A DNA stretch of 64,000 nucleotides from Rhynchopus sp. YZ270_cl-10 (Eukaryota). This document shows positions 47,201-59,700 of this stretch, piece by piece; position 1 is the first letter of the stretch; every line of letters begins with the position of its first letter. The stretch is from contig OZ037841.1 in NCBI GenBank assembly GCA_964035575.1, forward strand, positions 744,001 to 808,000. The letters run 5' to 3'. The notes beneath the pieces are model-generated. The model made no database searches, was not told the DNA's origin, and worked only from the letters and a program-made list of their open reading frames with translations. The position numbers were made by a program, and so were the translations under genes.

Positions 47201-50200
47201 CGACGCGTTGTTTTGGTTGCGTCACAACGCGCTGCTTTCGACGCGTTGTTTTGGTTGCGTTACAACGCGTGGCTTTCGACACGTTGTTTTGGATGCGTTA
47301 CAACGCGTGGCTTTCGACACGTTGTTTTGGATGCGTTACAACGCGTGGCTTTCGACACGTTGTTTTAGTTGCGTTTCAACGCGTGGCTTTCTACGCGTTG
47401 TTTTGGTTGCGTTACAACGCGATGCTTTCGACGCGTTGTTTTGGTTGCGTCACAACGCGCTGTTTTCGACGCGTTGTTTTGGATGCGTTACAACGCGCTG
47501 CTTTCGACGCGTTGTTTTGGTTGCGTTACAACGCGCTGCTTTCGACGCGTTGTTTTGGTTGCGTTACAACGCGCTGTTTTCGACGCGTTGTTTTGGTTGC
47601 GTTACAACGCGCTGTTTTCGACGCGTTGTTTTGGTTGCGTTACAACGCGCTGTTTTCGACGCGTTGTTTTGTTTGCGTTACAACGCGCTGCTTTCGACGC
47701 GTTGTTTTGGTTGCGTTACAACGCGCTGCTTTCGACGCGTTGTTTTGGATGCGTTACAACGCGCTGCTTTCGACGCGTTGTTTTGGTTGCGTTACAACGC
47801 GTTGTTTTCGACGCGTTGTTTTGTTTGCGTTACAACGCGCTGTTTTCGACGCGTTGTTTTGGTTGCGTTACAACGCGCTGCTTTCGACGCGTTGTTTTGG
47901 TTGCGTTACAACGCGTTGTTTTCGACGCGTTGTTTTGGTTGCGTTACAACGCACTGTTTTCGACGCGTTGTTTTGGTTGCGTTACAACGCGCTGCTTTCG
48001 ACGCGTTGTTTTGGTTGCGTTACAACGCGTTGTTTTCGACGCGTTGTTTTGTTTGCGTTACAACGCGCTGCTTTGGACGCGTTGTTTTGGTTGCGTTACA
48101 ACGCGCTGCTTTCGACGCGTTGTTTTGGTTGCGTTACAACGCGTTGTTTTCGACGCGTTGTTTTGTTTGCGTTACAACGCGCTGTTTTCGACGCGTTGTT
48201 TTGGTTGCGTTACAACGCGCTGCTTTCGACGCGTTGTTTTGGTTGCGTTACAACGCGTTGTTTTCGACGCGTTGTTTTGGTTGCGTTCCAACGCGCTGTT
48301 TTCGACGCGTTGTTTTGTTTGCGTTACAACGCGATGCTTTCGACGCGTTGTTTTGGTTGCGTTACAACGCGATGCTTTCGACGCGTTGTTTTGGTTGCGT
48401 TACAACGCGCTGCTTTCGACGCGTTGTTTTGGTTGCGTTACAACGCGCTGTTTTCGACGCGTTGTTTTGGTTGCGTTACAACGCGTGGCTTTCGACGCGT
48501 TGTTTTGGTTGCGTTACAACGCGCTGCTTTCTACGCGTTGTTTTGTTTGCGTTACAACGCGCTGCTTTCGACGCGTTGTTTTGTTTGCGTTACAACGCGA
48601 TGCTTTCGACGCGTTGTTTTGGTTGCGTTACAACGCGCTGTTTTCGACGCGTTGTTTTGGTTGCGTTACAACGCGTGGCTTTCGACGCGTTGTTTTGGTT
48701 GCGTTACAACGCGCTGCTTTCTACGCGTTGTTTTGTTTGCGTTACAACGCGCTGCTTTCGACGCGTTGTTTTGTTTGCGTTACAACGCGATGCTTTCGAC
48801 GCGTTGTTTTGGTTGCGTTACAACGCACTGTTTTCGACGCGTTGTTTTGGTTGCGTTACAACGCGCTGCTTTCGACGCGTTGTTTTGGTTGCGTTACAAC
48901 GCGTTGTTTTCGACGCGTTGTTTTGTTTGCGTTACAACGCGCTGTTTTCGACGCGTTGTTTTGGTTGCGTTACAACGCGCTGCTTTCGACGCGTTGTTTT
49001 GGTTGCGTTACAACGCGTTGTTTTCGACGCGTTGTTTTGGTTGCGTTACAACGCACTGTTTTCGACGCGTTGTTTTGGTTGCGTTACAACGCGCTGCTTT
49101 CGACGCGTTGTTTTGGTTGCGTTACAACGCGTTGTTTTCGACGCGTTGTTTTGTTTGCGTTACAACGCGCTGCTTTGGACGCGTTGTTTTGGTTGCGTTA
49201 CAACGCGCTGCTTTCGACGCGTTGTTTTGGTTGCGTTACAACGCGTTGTTTTCGACGCGTTGTTTTGTTTGCGCTACAACGCGCTGTTTTCGACGCGTTG
49301 TTTTGGTTGCGTTACAACGCGCTGCTTTCGACGCGTTGTTTTGGTTGCGTTACAACGCGCTGTTTTCGACGCGTTGTTTTGTTTGCGTTACAACGCGATG
49401 CTTACGAAGCGTTGTTTTGGTTGCGTTACAACGCGATGCTTTCGACGCGTTGTTTTGGTTGCGTTACAACGCGCTGCTTTCGACGCGTTGTTTTGGTTGC
49501 GTTACAACGCGCTGTTTTCGACGCGTTGTTTTGGTTGCGTTACAACGCGTGGCTTTCGACGCGTTGTTTTGGTTGCGTTGCAACGCGCTGCTTTCGACGC
49601 GTTGTTTTGTTTGCGTTACAACGCGCTGTTTTCGACGCGTTGTTTTGGTTGCGTTACAACGCGCTGTTTTCGACGCGTTGTTTTGTTTGCGTTACAACGC
49701 GTGGCTTTCGACACGTTGTTTTGGTTGCGTCACAACGCGCTGTTTTCGACGCGTTGTTTTGGTTGCGTCACAACGCGCTGTTTTCGACGCGTTGTTTTGG
49801 ATGCGTTACAGCGCGCTGTTTTCGACGCGTTGTTTTGGTTGCGTCACAACGCGCTCTTTTCGACACGTTGTTTTGGTTGCGTTACAACGCGCTGCTTTCG
49901 ACGCGTTGTTTTGGTTGCGTTACAACGCGCTGCTTTCGACGCGTTGTATTGGTTGCTTTACAACGCGCTGTTTTCGACGCGTGGTTTTGGTTGCGTTACA
50001 ACGCGTGGCTTTCGACGCGTTGTTTTGATTGCGTTACAACGCGCTGGTTTCGACGCGTTGTATTGGTTGCGTTACAACGCGCTGGTTTGGACGCGTTGTA
50101 TTGGTTGCTTTACAACGCGCTCTTTTCGACGCGTTGTTTTGGTTGCGTTACAACGCGTGGCTTTCGACACGTTGTTTTGGATGCGTTACAACGCGTGGCT

Positions 50201-53084
50201 TTCGACACGTTGTTTTGGATGCGTTACAACGCGTGGCTTTCGACACGTTGTTTTAGTTGCGTTTCAACGCGTGGCTTTCTACGCGTTGTTTTGGTTGCGT
50301 TACAACGCGATGCTTTCGACGCGTTGTTTTGGTTGCGTCACAACGCGCTGTTTTCGACGCGTTGTTTTGGATGCGTTACAACGCGCTGCTTTCGACGCGT
50401 TGTTTTGGTTGCGTTACAACGCGCTGCTTTCGACGCGTTGTTTTGGTTGCGTTACAACGCGCTGTTTTCGACGCGTTGTTTTGGTTGCGTTACAACGCGC
50501 TGTTTTCGACGCGTTGTTTTGGTTGCGTTACAACGCGCTGTTTTCGACGCGTTGTTTTGTTTGCGTTACAACGCGCTGCTTTCGACGCGTTGTTTTGGTT
50601 GCGTTACAACGCGCTGCTTTCGACGCGTTGTTTTGGATGCGTTACAACGCGCTGCTTTCGACGCGTTGTTTTGGTTGCGTTACAACGCGTTGTTTTCGAC
50701 GCGTTGTTTTGTTTGCGTTACAACGCGCTGTTTTCGACGCGTTGTTTTGGTTGCGTTACAACGCGCTGCTTTCGACGCGTTGTTTTGGTTGCGTTACAAC
50801 GCGTTGTTTTCGACGCGTTGTTTTGGTTGCGTTACAACGCACTGTTTTCGACGCGTTGTTTTGGTTGCGTTACAACGCGCTGCTTTCGACGCGTTGTTTT
50901 GCTTGCGTTACAACGCGTTGTTTTCGACGCGTTGTTTTGTTTGCGTTACAACGCGCTGCTTTGGACGCGTTGTTTTGGTTGCGTTACAACGCGCTGCTTT
51001 CGACGCGTTGTTTTGGTTGCGTTACAACGCGTTGTTTTCGACGCGTTGTTTTGTTTGCGTTACAACGCGCTGTTTTCGACGCGTTGTTTTGGTTGCGTTA
51101 CAACGCGCTGCTTTCGACGCGTTGTTTTGGTTGCGTTACAACGCGTTGTTTTCGACGCGTTGTTTTGGTTGCGTTCCAACGCGCTGTTTTCGACGCGTTG
51201 TTTTGTTTGCGTTACAACGCGATGCTTTCGACGCGTTGTTTTGGTTGCGTTACAACGCGATGCTTTCGACGCGTTGTTTTGGTTGCGTTACAACGCGCTG
51301 CTTTCGACGCGTTGTTTTGGTTGCGTTACAACGCGCTGTTTTCGACGCGTTGTTTTGGTTGCGTTACAACGCGTGGCTTTCGACGCGTTGTTTTGGTTGC
51401 GTTACAACGCGCTGCTTTCTACGCGTTGTTTTGTTTGCGTTACAACGCGCTGCTTTCGACGCGTTGTTTTGTTTGCGTTACAACGCGATGCTTTCGACGC
51501 GTTGTTTTGGTTGCGTTACAACGCACTGTTTTCGACGCGTTGTTTTGGTTGCGTTACAACGCGCTGCTTTCGACGCGTTGTTTTGGTTGCGTTACAACGC
51601 GTTGTTTTCGACGCGTTGTTTTGTTTGCGTTACAACGCGCTGTTTTCGACGCGTTGTTTTGGTTGCGTTACAACGCGCTGCTTTCGACGCGTTGTTTTGG
51701 TTGCGTTACAACGCGTTGTTTTCGACGCGTTGTTTTGTTTGCGTTACAACGCGCTGTTTTCGACGCGTTGTTTTGGTTGCGTTACAACGCGCTGCTTTCG
51801 ACGCGTTGTTTTGGTTGCGTTACAACGCGTTGTTTTCGACGCGTTGTTTTGGTTGCGTTACAACGCACTGTTTTCGACGCGTTGTTTTGGTTGCGTTACA
51901 ACGCGCTGCTTTCGACGCGTTGTTTTGGTTGCGTTACAACGCGTTGTTTTCGACGCGTTGTTTTGTTTGCGTTACAACGCGCTGCTTTGGACGCGTTGTT
52001 TTGGTTGCGTTACAACGCGCTGCTTTCGACGCGTTGTTTTGGTTGCGTTACAACGCGTTGTTTTCGACGCGTTGTTTTGTTTGCGCTACAACGCGCTGTT
52101 TTCGACGCGTTGTTTTGGTTGCGTTACAACGCGCTGCTTTCGACGCGTTGTTTTGGTTGCGTTACAACGCGTTGTTTTCGACGCGTTGTTTTGGTTGCGT
52201 TCCAACGCGCTGTTTTCGACGCGTTGTTTTGTTTGCGTTACAACGCGATGCTTACGAAGCGTTGTTTTGGTTGCGTTACAACGCGATGCTTTCGACGCGT
52301 TGTTTTGGTTGCGTTACAACGCGCTGCTTTCGACGCGTTGTTTTGGTTGCGTTACAACGCGCTGTTTTCGACGCGTTGTTTTGGTTGCGTTACAACGCGT
52401 GGCTTTCGACGCGTTGTTTTGGTTGCGTTGCAACGCGCTGCTTTCGACGCGTTGTTTTGTTTGCGTTACAACGCGCTGTTTTCGACGCGTTGTTTTGGTT
52501 GCGTTACAACGCGCTGTTTTCGACGCGTTGTTTTGTTTGCGTTACAACGCGTGGCTTTCGACACGTCAAGGCTCTAAGTCGACAGTGTGTCTTTGTGTCT
52601 AGACACTGTCGAAAGACACAAAGACACAAAGACACACTGTGTCTTTTGTCGAAGACACAGTGTGTCTTTGTCGACTGTCGACTGTGTCTTGTCGAAAAAA
52701 AAAAATTTTTTTTTTTTCGACATCACAAAAATTTTTCACCCAAAAAAAAAATTTTTTTTTGGGACCCGCGGGCACCGGGCATGCAAATAAAGCAAGAATT
52801 TTGATGTTTTGAGCATCTAGAATTTATTTCCCGGTCATTTTGTGTACCCTGTACATTTTGTATGGGCCAGCGACTTGTCGAAAAATCGAAAAAAAATCGA
52901 AAAAAAAAATTTTTTTTTTGGGAAAATTTCGACCCTGAGGTGGGTTTTTGGGCACCAAAAAATGCAAAAAAACGCAAAAATCGGGTTTATGTCCCTGAGG
53001 GCCGGTTTATGGCCCGCCCTCTGGCCCACAGTTTCTACAGTTTTTTGGCCCCGAGGGCCAGTTTTTGGCCCCCAGGACCCTCGG

Positions 53085-53178
53085 GGCCATAAACCGGACC
53101 CTCAGGGCCATAAACTGGACCCTCAGGGCCATAAACTAGACCCTCAGGGCCATAAACTGGACCTTCGGGGCCATAAAC
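53085..53178. repeat. 21-bp tandem repeat (GGCCATAAACYRGACCCTCAG), about 4.5 copies, inside the element
   Basis: Directly visible. Confidence 0.9.
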
Positions 53179-53608
53179 TAGCAAAATTTTTTTTTTGGCA
53201 AAGACAATTTTCAGCTGAAAAAAAAATTTTTTTTTGGGCTCAGACTGTCCCAAAAATGCAAAAAAACGCAAAATTTTGATGTTTTGAGCATCACATATTT
53301 ATTCCCCGGCTATTTTGTGCATAAAATAATACCCCACCCTGTACAGTTTGTATGGGCCAGCACCTTAGCAAAAAATCAAAAAATCTCAAAAAAAAAATTT
53401 TTTTTTTCGGGAAAATTTCGACCCCTGACCTGGGTTTTTGGGCACCAAAAAATGCGAAAAAACGCAAAAATCGGGTGTTTTGACCATCTGTGGGTACACA
53501 AAACACACTTCTGTGTATAAGCCTACAACAATACAGTGGTTATACAGTGGTTGCCATCGGCCCATCGGGCGGGTCCATAAACCGTCCCTCACGGACATAA
53601 AGTACCAT

Positions 53609-53730
53609 ATGCCCGCCCTCGGGCCGGTTTATGGCCCTCGGGCACCCAAAAACGCCCCTCGGGCCCTACGGGCCCTCGGGGCGTTTTTGGGTGCCCTCGG
53701 GGCCATAAACCGGCCCTCGGGGCGGGTCAT
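53609..53730. repeat. Approximately 120-bp imperfect palindrome near the centre of the element
   Basis: GGGCCGGTTTATGGCCC..GGGCACCCAAAAACGCCC..GGGCCC-TAC-GGGCCC..GGGCGTTTTTGGGTGCCC..GGGCCATAAACCGGCCC. Confidence 0.9.
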
Positions 53731-56700
53731 AAAGTACTAGTTTTGACCATCTGTGGTTACACAAAACACACTTCTGTGTACAAGCCTACACCAATACAGT
53801 GGTAATACAAGGCGATTTTTGGCCAAAAAAAATTTTTTTTTTTTGCCCAAAATCAGGCGTGGTACCTCATAAAATTGCCCGATAAATCCAATGAAAACCT
53901 CAGATTGGGCAAATTATGAAAAAAATTTTCAAGTCGAATTTTCAGCCAAAATACGGCTATTTTGGTCATACCTTACGTACTGACAGTACCCCAGAAAGTA
54001 GTTGTCGAAAAAAAAAAAGTTCAAAAAAAAAAAAAATTTTTTTTTTTCGCAAAGGCAAATTGAGTTCTTTTGATCTTTTTTTGCAGAAAAACGCGGGGAA
54101 ATGCCTTAAAAAGGCTCAAAAGTTGAAAATTCTGGCTTTATTTGAAAGATAGGGCCAGAACTAGGAAAAAAGGGCCAAAAAAAAAAAATAAGGTTCGTAA
54201 GGCAAAACCGAATTCCATAATTTCCAAAAAAAAAAAAAAAAAAAAAAAATGGCAAAATTTTTTCAACGACCAAAAAAAAAAAAAATTTTTTTTTTTTTTA
54301 TGGGGGTCGCGACCCGGGTCGCGGGGGTCTCGGGGAAATGGTCGTCTTGTTCGCCTTTGTTGCTTATAAGGCCATATGACCCAAAAATTTTTTTTTCGAC
54401 ATCACAAAAAAAAATTTTTTTTTTTCCTAACAAAAAAAAAAAAAAAAATTTCACGCAGGGTCACCAAAAAAAAAAATTTTTTTTTTTCGACTTTTCGACA
54501 GTCGGCCGACAGTCGGCCGACAGGGGCCGACACTGTCGACTTAGAGCCTTGGACACGTTGTTTTGGTTGCGTCACAACGCGCTGTTTTCGACGCGTTGTT
54601 TTGGTTGCGTCACAACGCGCTGTTTTCGACGCGTTGTTTTGGATGCGTTACAGCGCGCTGTTTTCGACGCGTTGTTTTGGTTGCGTCACAACGCGCTCTT
54701 TTCGACACGTTGTTTTGGTTGCGTTACAACGCGCTGCTTTCGACGCGTTGTTTTGGTTGCGTTACAACGCGCTGCTTTCGACGCGTTGTATTGGTTGCTT
54801 TACAACGCGCTGTTTTCGACGCGTGGTTTTGGTTGCGTTACAACGCGTGGCTTTCGACGCGTTGTTTTGATTGCGTTACAACGCGCTGGTTTCGACGCGT
54901 TGTATTGGTTGCTTTACAACGCGCTCTTTTCGACGCGTTGTTTTGGTTGCGTCACAACGCGCTGCTTTCGACGCGTTGTTTTGGTTGCGTTACAACGCGT
55001 GGCTTTCGACACGTTGTTTTGGATGCGTTACAACGCGTGGCTTTCGACACGTTGTTTTGGATGCGTTACAACGCGTGGCTTTCGACACGTTGTTTTAGTT
55101 GCGTTTCAACGCGTGGCTTTCTACGCGTTGTTTTGGTTGCGTTACAACGCGATGCTTTCGACGCGTTGTTTTGGTTGCGTCACAACGCGCTGTTTTCGAC
55201 GCGTTGTTTTGGATGCGTTACAACGCGCTGCTTTCGACGCGTTGTTTTGTTTGCGTTACAACGCGCTGCTTTCGACGTGTTGTTTTGGTTGCGTTACAAC
55301 GCGCTGTTTTCGACGCGTTGTTTTGGTTGCGTTACAACGCGCTGCTTTCGACGCGTTGTTTTGGTTGCGTTACAACGCGCTGTTTTCGACGCGTTGTTTT
55401 GGTTGCGTTACAACGCGCTGTTTTCGACGCGTTGTTTTGGTTGCGTTACAACGCGCTGTTTTCGACGCGTTGTTTTGTTTGCGTTACAACGCGCTGCTTT
55501 CGACGCGTTGTTTTGGTTGCGTTACAACGCGCTGCTTTCGACGCGTTGTTTTGGATGCGTTACAACGCGCTGCTTTCGACGCGTTGTTTTGGTTGCGTTA
55601 CAACGCGTTGTTTTCGACGCGTTGTTTTGTTTGCGTTACAACGCGCTGTTTTCGACGCGTTGTTTTGGTTGCGTTACAACGCGCTGCTTTCGACGCGTTG
55701 TTTTGGTTGCGTTACAACGCGTTGTTTTCGACGCGTTGTTTTGGTTGCGTTACAACGCACTGTTTTCGACGCGTTGTTTTGGTTGCGTTACAACGCGCTG
55801 CTTTCGACGCGTTGTTTTGGTTGCGTTACAACGCGTTGTTTTCGACGCGTTGTTTTGTTTGCGTTACAACGCGCTGCTTTGGACGCGTTGTTTTGGTTGC
55901 GTTACAACGCGCTGCTTTCGACGCGTTGTTTTGGTTGCGTTACAACGCGTTGTTTTCGACGCGTTGTTTTGTTTGCGTTACAACGCGCTGTTTTCGACGC
56001 GTTGTTTTGGTTGCGTTACAACGCGCTGCTTTCGACGCGTTGTTTTGGTTGCGTTACAACGCGTTGTTTTCGACGCGTTGTTTTGGTTGCGTTCCAACGC
56101 GCTGTTTTCGACGCGTTGTTTTGTTTGCGTTACAACGCGATGCTTTCGACGCGTTGTTTTGGTTGCGTTACAACGCGATGCTTTCGACGCGTTGTTTTGG
56201 TTGCGTTACAACGCGATGCTTTCGACGCGTTGTTTTGGTTGCGTTACAACGCGCTGCTTTCGACGCGTTGTTTTGTTTGCGTTACAACGCGATGCTTTCG
56301 ACGCGTTGTTTTGGTTGCGTTACAACGCGATGTTTTCGACGCGTTGTTTTGGTTGCGTTACAACGCGATGCTTTCGACGCGTTGTTTTGGTTGCGTTCCA
56401 ACGCGCTGTTTTCGACGCGTTGTTTTGTTTGCGTTACAACGCGATGCTTTCGACGCGTTGTTTTGGTTGCGTTACAACGCGATGTTTTCGACGCGTTGTT
56501 TTGGTTGCGTTACAACGCGATGCTTTCGACGCGTTGTTTTGGTTGCGTTACAACGCGCTGCTTTCGACGCGTTGTTTTGGTTGCGTTACAACGCGCTGTT
56601 TTCGACGCGTTGTTTTGGTTGCGTTACAACGCGTGGCTTTCGACGCGTTGTTTTGGTTGCGTTACAACGCGCTGCTTTCTACGCGTTGTTTTGTTTGCGT

Positions 56701-59700
56701 TACAACGCGCTGCTTTCGACGCGTTGTTTTGTTTGCGTTACAACGCGATGCTTTCGACGCGTTGTTTTGGTTGCGTTACAACGCACTGTTTTCGACGCGT
56801 TGTTTTGGTTGCGTTACAACGCGCTGCTTTCGACGCGTTGTTTTGGTTGCGTCACAACGCGCTGTTTTCGACGCGTTGTTTTGGATGCGTTACAGCGCGC
56901 TGTTTTCGACGCGTTGTTTTGGTTGCGTCACAACGCGCTCTTTTCGACACGTTGTTTTGGTTGCGTTACAACGCGCTGCTTTCGACGCGTTGTTTTGGTT
57001 GCGTTACAACGCGCTGCTTTCGACGCGTTGTATTGGTTGCTTTACAACGCGCTGTTTTCGACGCGTGGTTTTGGTTGCGTTACAACGCGTGGCTTTCGAC
57101 GCGTTGTTTTGATTGCGTTACAACGCGCTGGTTTCGACGCGTTGTATTGGTTGCTTTACAACGCGCTCTTTTCGACGCGTTGTTTTGGTTGCGTCACAAC
57201 GCGCTGCTTTCGACGCGTTGTTTTGGTTGCGTTACAACGCGTGGCTTTCGACACGTTGTTTTGGATGCGTTACAACGCGTGGCTTTCGACACGTTGTTTT
57301 GGATGCGTTACAACGCGTGGCTTTCGACACGTTGTTTTAGTTGCGTTTCAACGCGTGGCTTTCTACGCGTTGTTTTGGTTGCGTTACAACGCGATGCTTT
57401 CGACGCGTTGTTTTGGTTGCGTCACAACGCGCTGTTTTCGACGCGTTGTTTTGGATGCGTTACAACGCGCTGCTTTCGACGCGTTGTTTTGTTTGCGTTA
57501 CAACGCGCTGCTTTCGACGTGTTGTTTTGGTTGCGTTACAACGCGCTGTTTTCGACGCGTTGTTTTGGTTGCGTTACAACGCGCTGCTTTCGACGCGTTG
57601 TTTTGGTTGCGTTACAACGCGCTGTTTTCGACGCGTTGTTTTGGTTGCGTTACAACGCGCTGCTTTCGACGCGTTGTTTTGGTTGCGTTACAACGCGTTG
57701 TTTTCGACGCGTTGTTTTGTTTGCGTTACAACGCGCTGTTTTCGACGCGTTGTTTTGGTTGCGTTACAACGCGCTGCTTTCGACGCGTTGTTTTGGTTGC
57801 GTTACAACGCGTTGTTTTCGACGCGTTGTTTTGGTTGCGTTCCAACGCGCTGTTTTCGACGCGTTGTTTTGTTTGCGTTACAACGCGATGCTTTCGACGC
57901 GTTGTTTTGGTTGCGTTACAACGCGATGCTTTCGACGCGTTGTTTTGGTTGCGTTACAACGCGATGCTTTCGACGCGTTGTTTTGGTTGCGTTACAACGC
58001 GCTGCTTTCGACGCGTTGTTTTGTTTGCGTTACAACGCGATGCTTTCGACGCGTTGTTTTGGTTGCGTTACAACGCGATGTTTTCGACGCGTTGTTTTGG
58101 TTGCGTTACAACGCGATGCTTTCGACGCGTTGTTTTGGTTGCGTTCCAACGCGCTGTTTTCGACGCGTTGTTTTGTTTGCGTTACAACGCGATGCTTTCG
58201 ACGCGTTGTTTTGGTTGCGTTACAACGCGATGTTTTCGACGCGTTGTTTTGGTTGCGTTACAACGCGATGCTTTCGACGCGTTGTTTTGGTTGCGTTACA
58301 ACGCGCTGCTTTCGACGCGTTGTTTTGGTTGCGTTACAACGCGCTGTTTTCGACGCGTTGTTTTGGTTGCGTTACAACGCGTGGCTTTCGACGCGTTGTT
58401 TTGGTTGCGTTACAACGCGCTGCTTTCTACGCGTTGTTTTGTTTGCGTTACAACGCGCTGCTTTCGACGCGTTGTTTTGTTTGCGTTACAACGCGATGCT
58501 TTCGACGCGTTGTTTTGGTTGCGTTACAACGCACTGTTTTCGACGCGTTGTTTTGGTTGCGTTACAACGCGCTGCTTTCGACGCGTTGTTTTGGTTGCGT
58601 TACAACGCGTTGTTTTCGACGCGTTGTTTTGTTTGCGTTACAACGCGCTGTTTTCGACGCGTTGTTTTGGTTGCGTTACAACGCGCTGCTTTCGACGCGT
58701 TGTTTTGGTTGCGTTACAACGCGTTGTTTTCGACGCGTTGTTTTGGTTGCGTTACAACGCACTGTTTTCGACGCGTTGTTTTGGTTGCGTTACAACGCGC
58801 TGCTTTCGACGCGTTGTTTTGGTTGCGTTACAACGCGTTGTTTTCGACGCGTTGTTTTGTTTGCGTTACAACGCGCTGCTTTGGACGCGTTGTTTTGGTT
58901 GCGTTACAACGCGCTGCTTTCGACGCGTTGTTTTGGTTGCGTTACAACGCGTTGTTTTCGACGCGTTGTTTTGTTTGCGCTACAACGCGCTGTTTTCGAC
59001 GCGTTGTTTTGGTTGCGTTACAACGCGCTGCTTTCGACGCGTTGTTTTGGTTGCGTTACAACGCGCTGTTTTCGACGCGTTGTTTTGTTTGCGTTACAAC
59101 GCGATGCTTACGAAGCGTTGTTTTGGTTGCGTTACAACGCGATGCTTTCGACGCGTTGTTTTGGTTGCGTTACAACGCGCTGCTTTCGACGCGTTGTTTT
59201 GGTTGCGTTACAACGCGCTGTTTTCGACGCGTTGTTTTGTTTGCGTTACAACGCGTGGCTTTCGACACGTTGTTTTGGTTGCGTCACAACGCGCTGTTTT
59301 CGACGCGTTGTTTTGGTTGCGTCACAACGCGCTGTTTTCGACGCGTTGTTTTGGATGCGTTACAGCGCGCTGTTTTCGACGCGTTGTTTTGGTTGCGTCA
59401 CAACGCGCTCTTTTCGACACGTTGTTTTGGTTGCGTTACAACGCGCTGCTTTCGACGCGTTGTTTTGGTTGCGTTACAACGCGCTGCTTTCGACGCGTTG
59501 TATTGGTTGCTTTACAACGCGCTGTTTTCGACGCGTGGTTTTGGTTGCGTTACAACGCGTGGCTTTCGACGCGTTGTTTTGATTGCGTTACAACGCGCTG
59601 GTTTCGACGCGTTGTATTGGTTGCTTTACAACGCGCTCTTTTCGACGCGTTGTTTTGGTTGCGTCACAACGCGCTGCTTTCGACGCGTTGTTTTGGTTGC

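Larger units (their letters stand above)
52567..54551. mobile_element. Non-autonomous DNA transposon (1985 bp) with 22-bp perfect TIR and 7-bp TSD, probably P superfamily, inserted in the satellite
   Basis: CAAGGCTCTAAGTCGACAGTGT (52567-52588) / ACACTGTCGACTTAGAGCCTTG (54530-54551). GACACGT is duplicated at 52560-52566 and 54552-54558. There is no coding capacity. CA-N-R-G termini with a 7-8 bp TSD are typical of P-superfamily elements. Confidence 0.93.
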
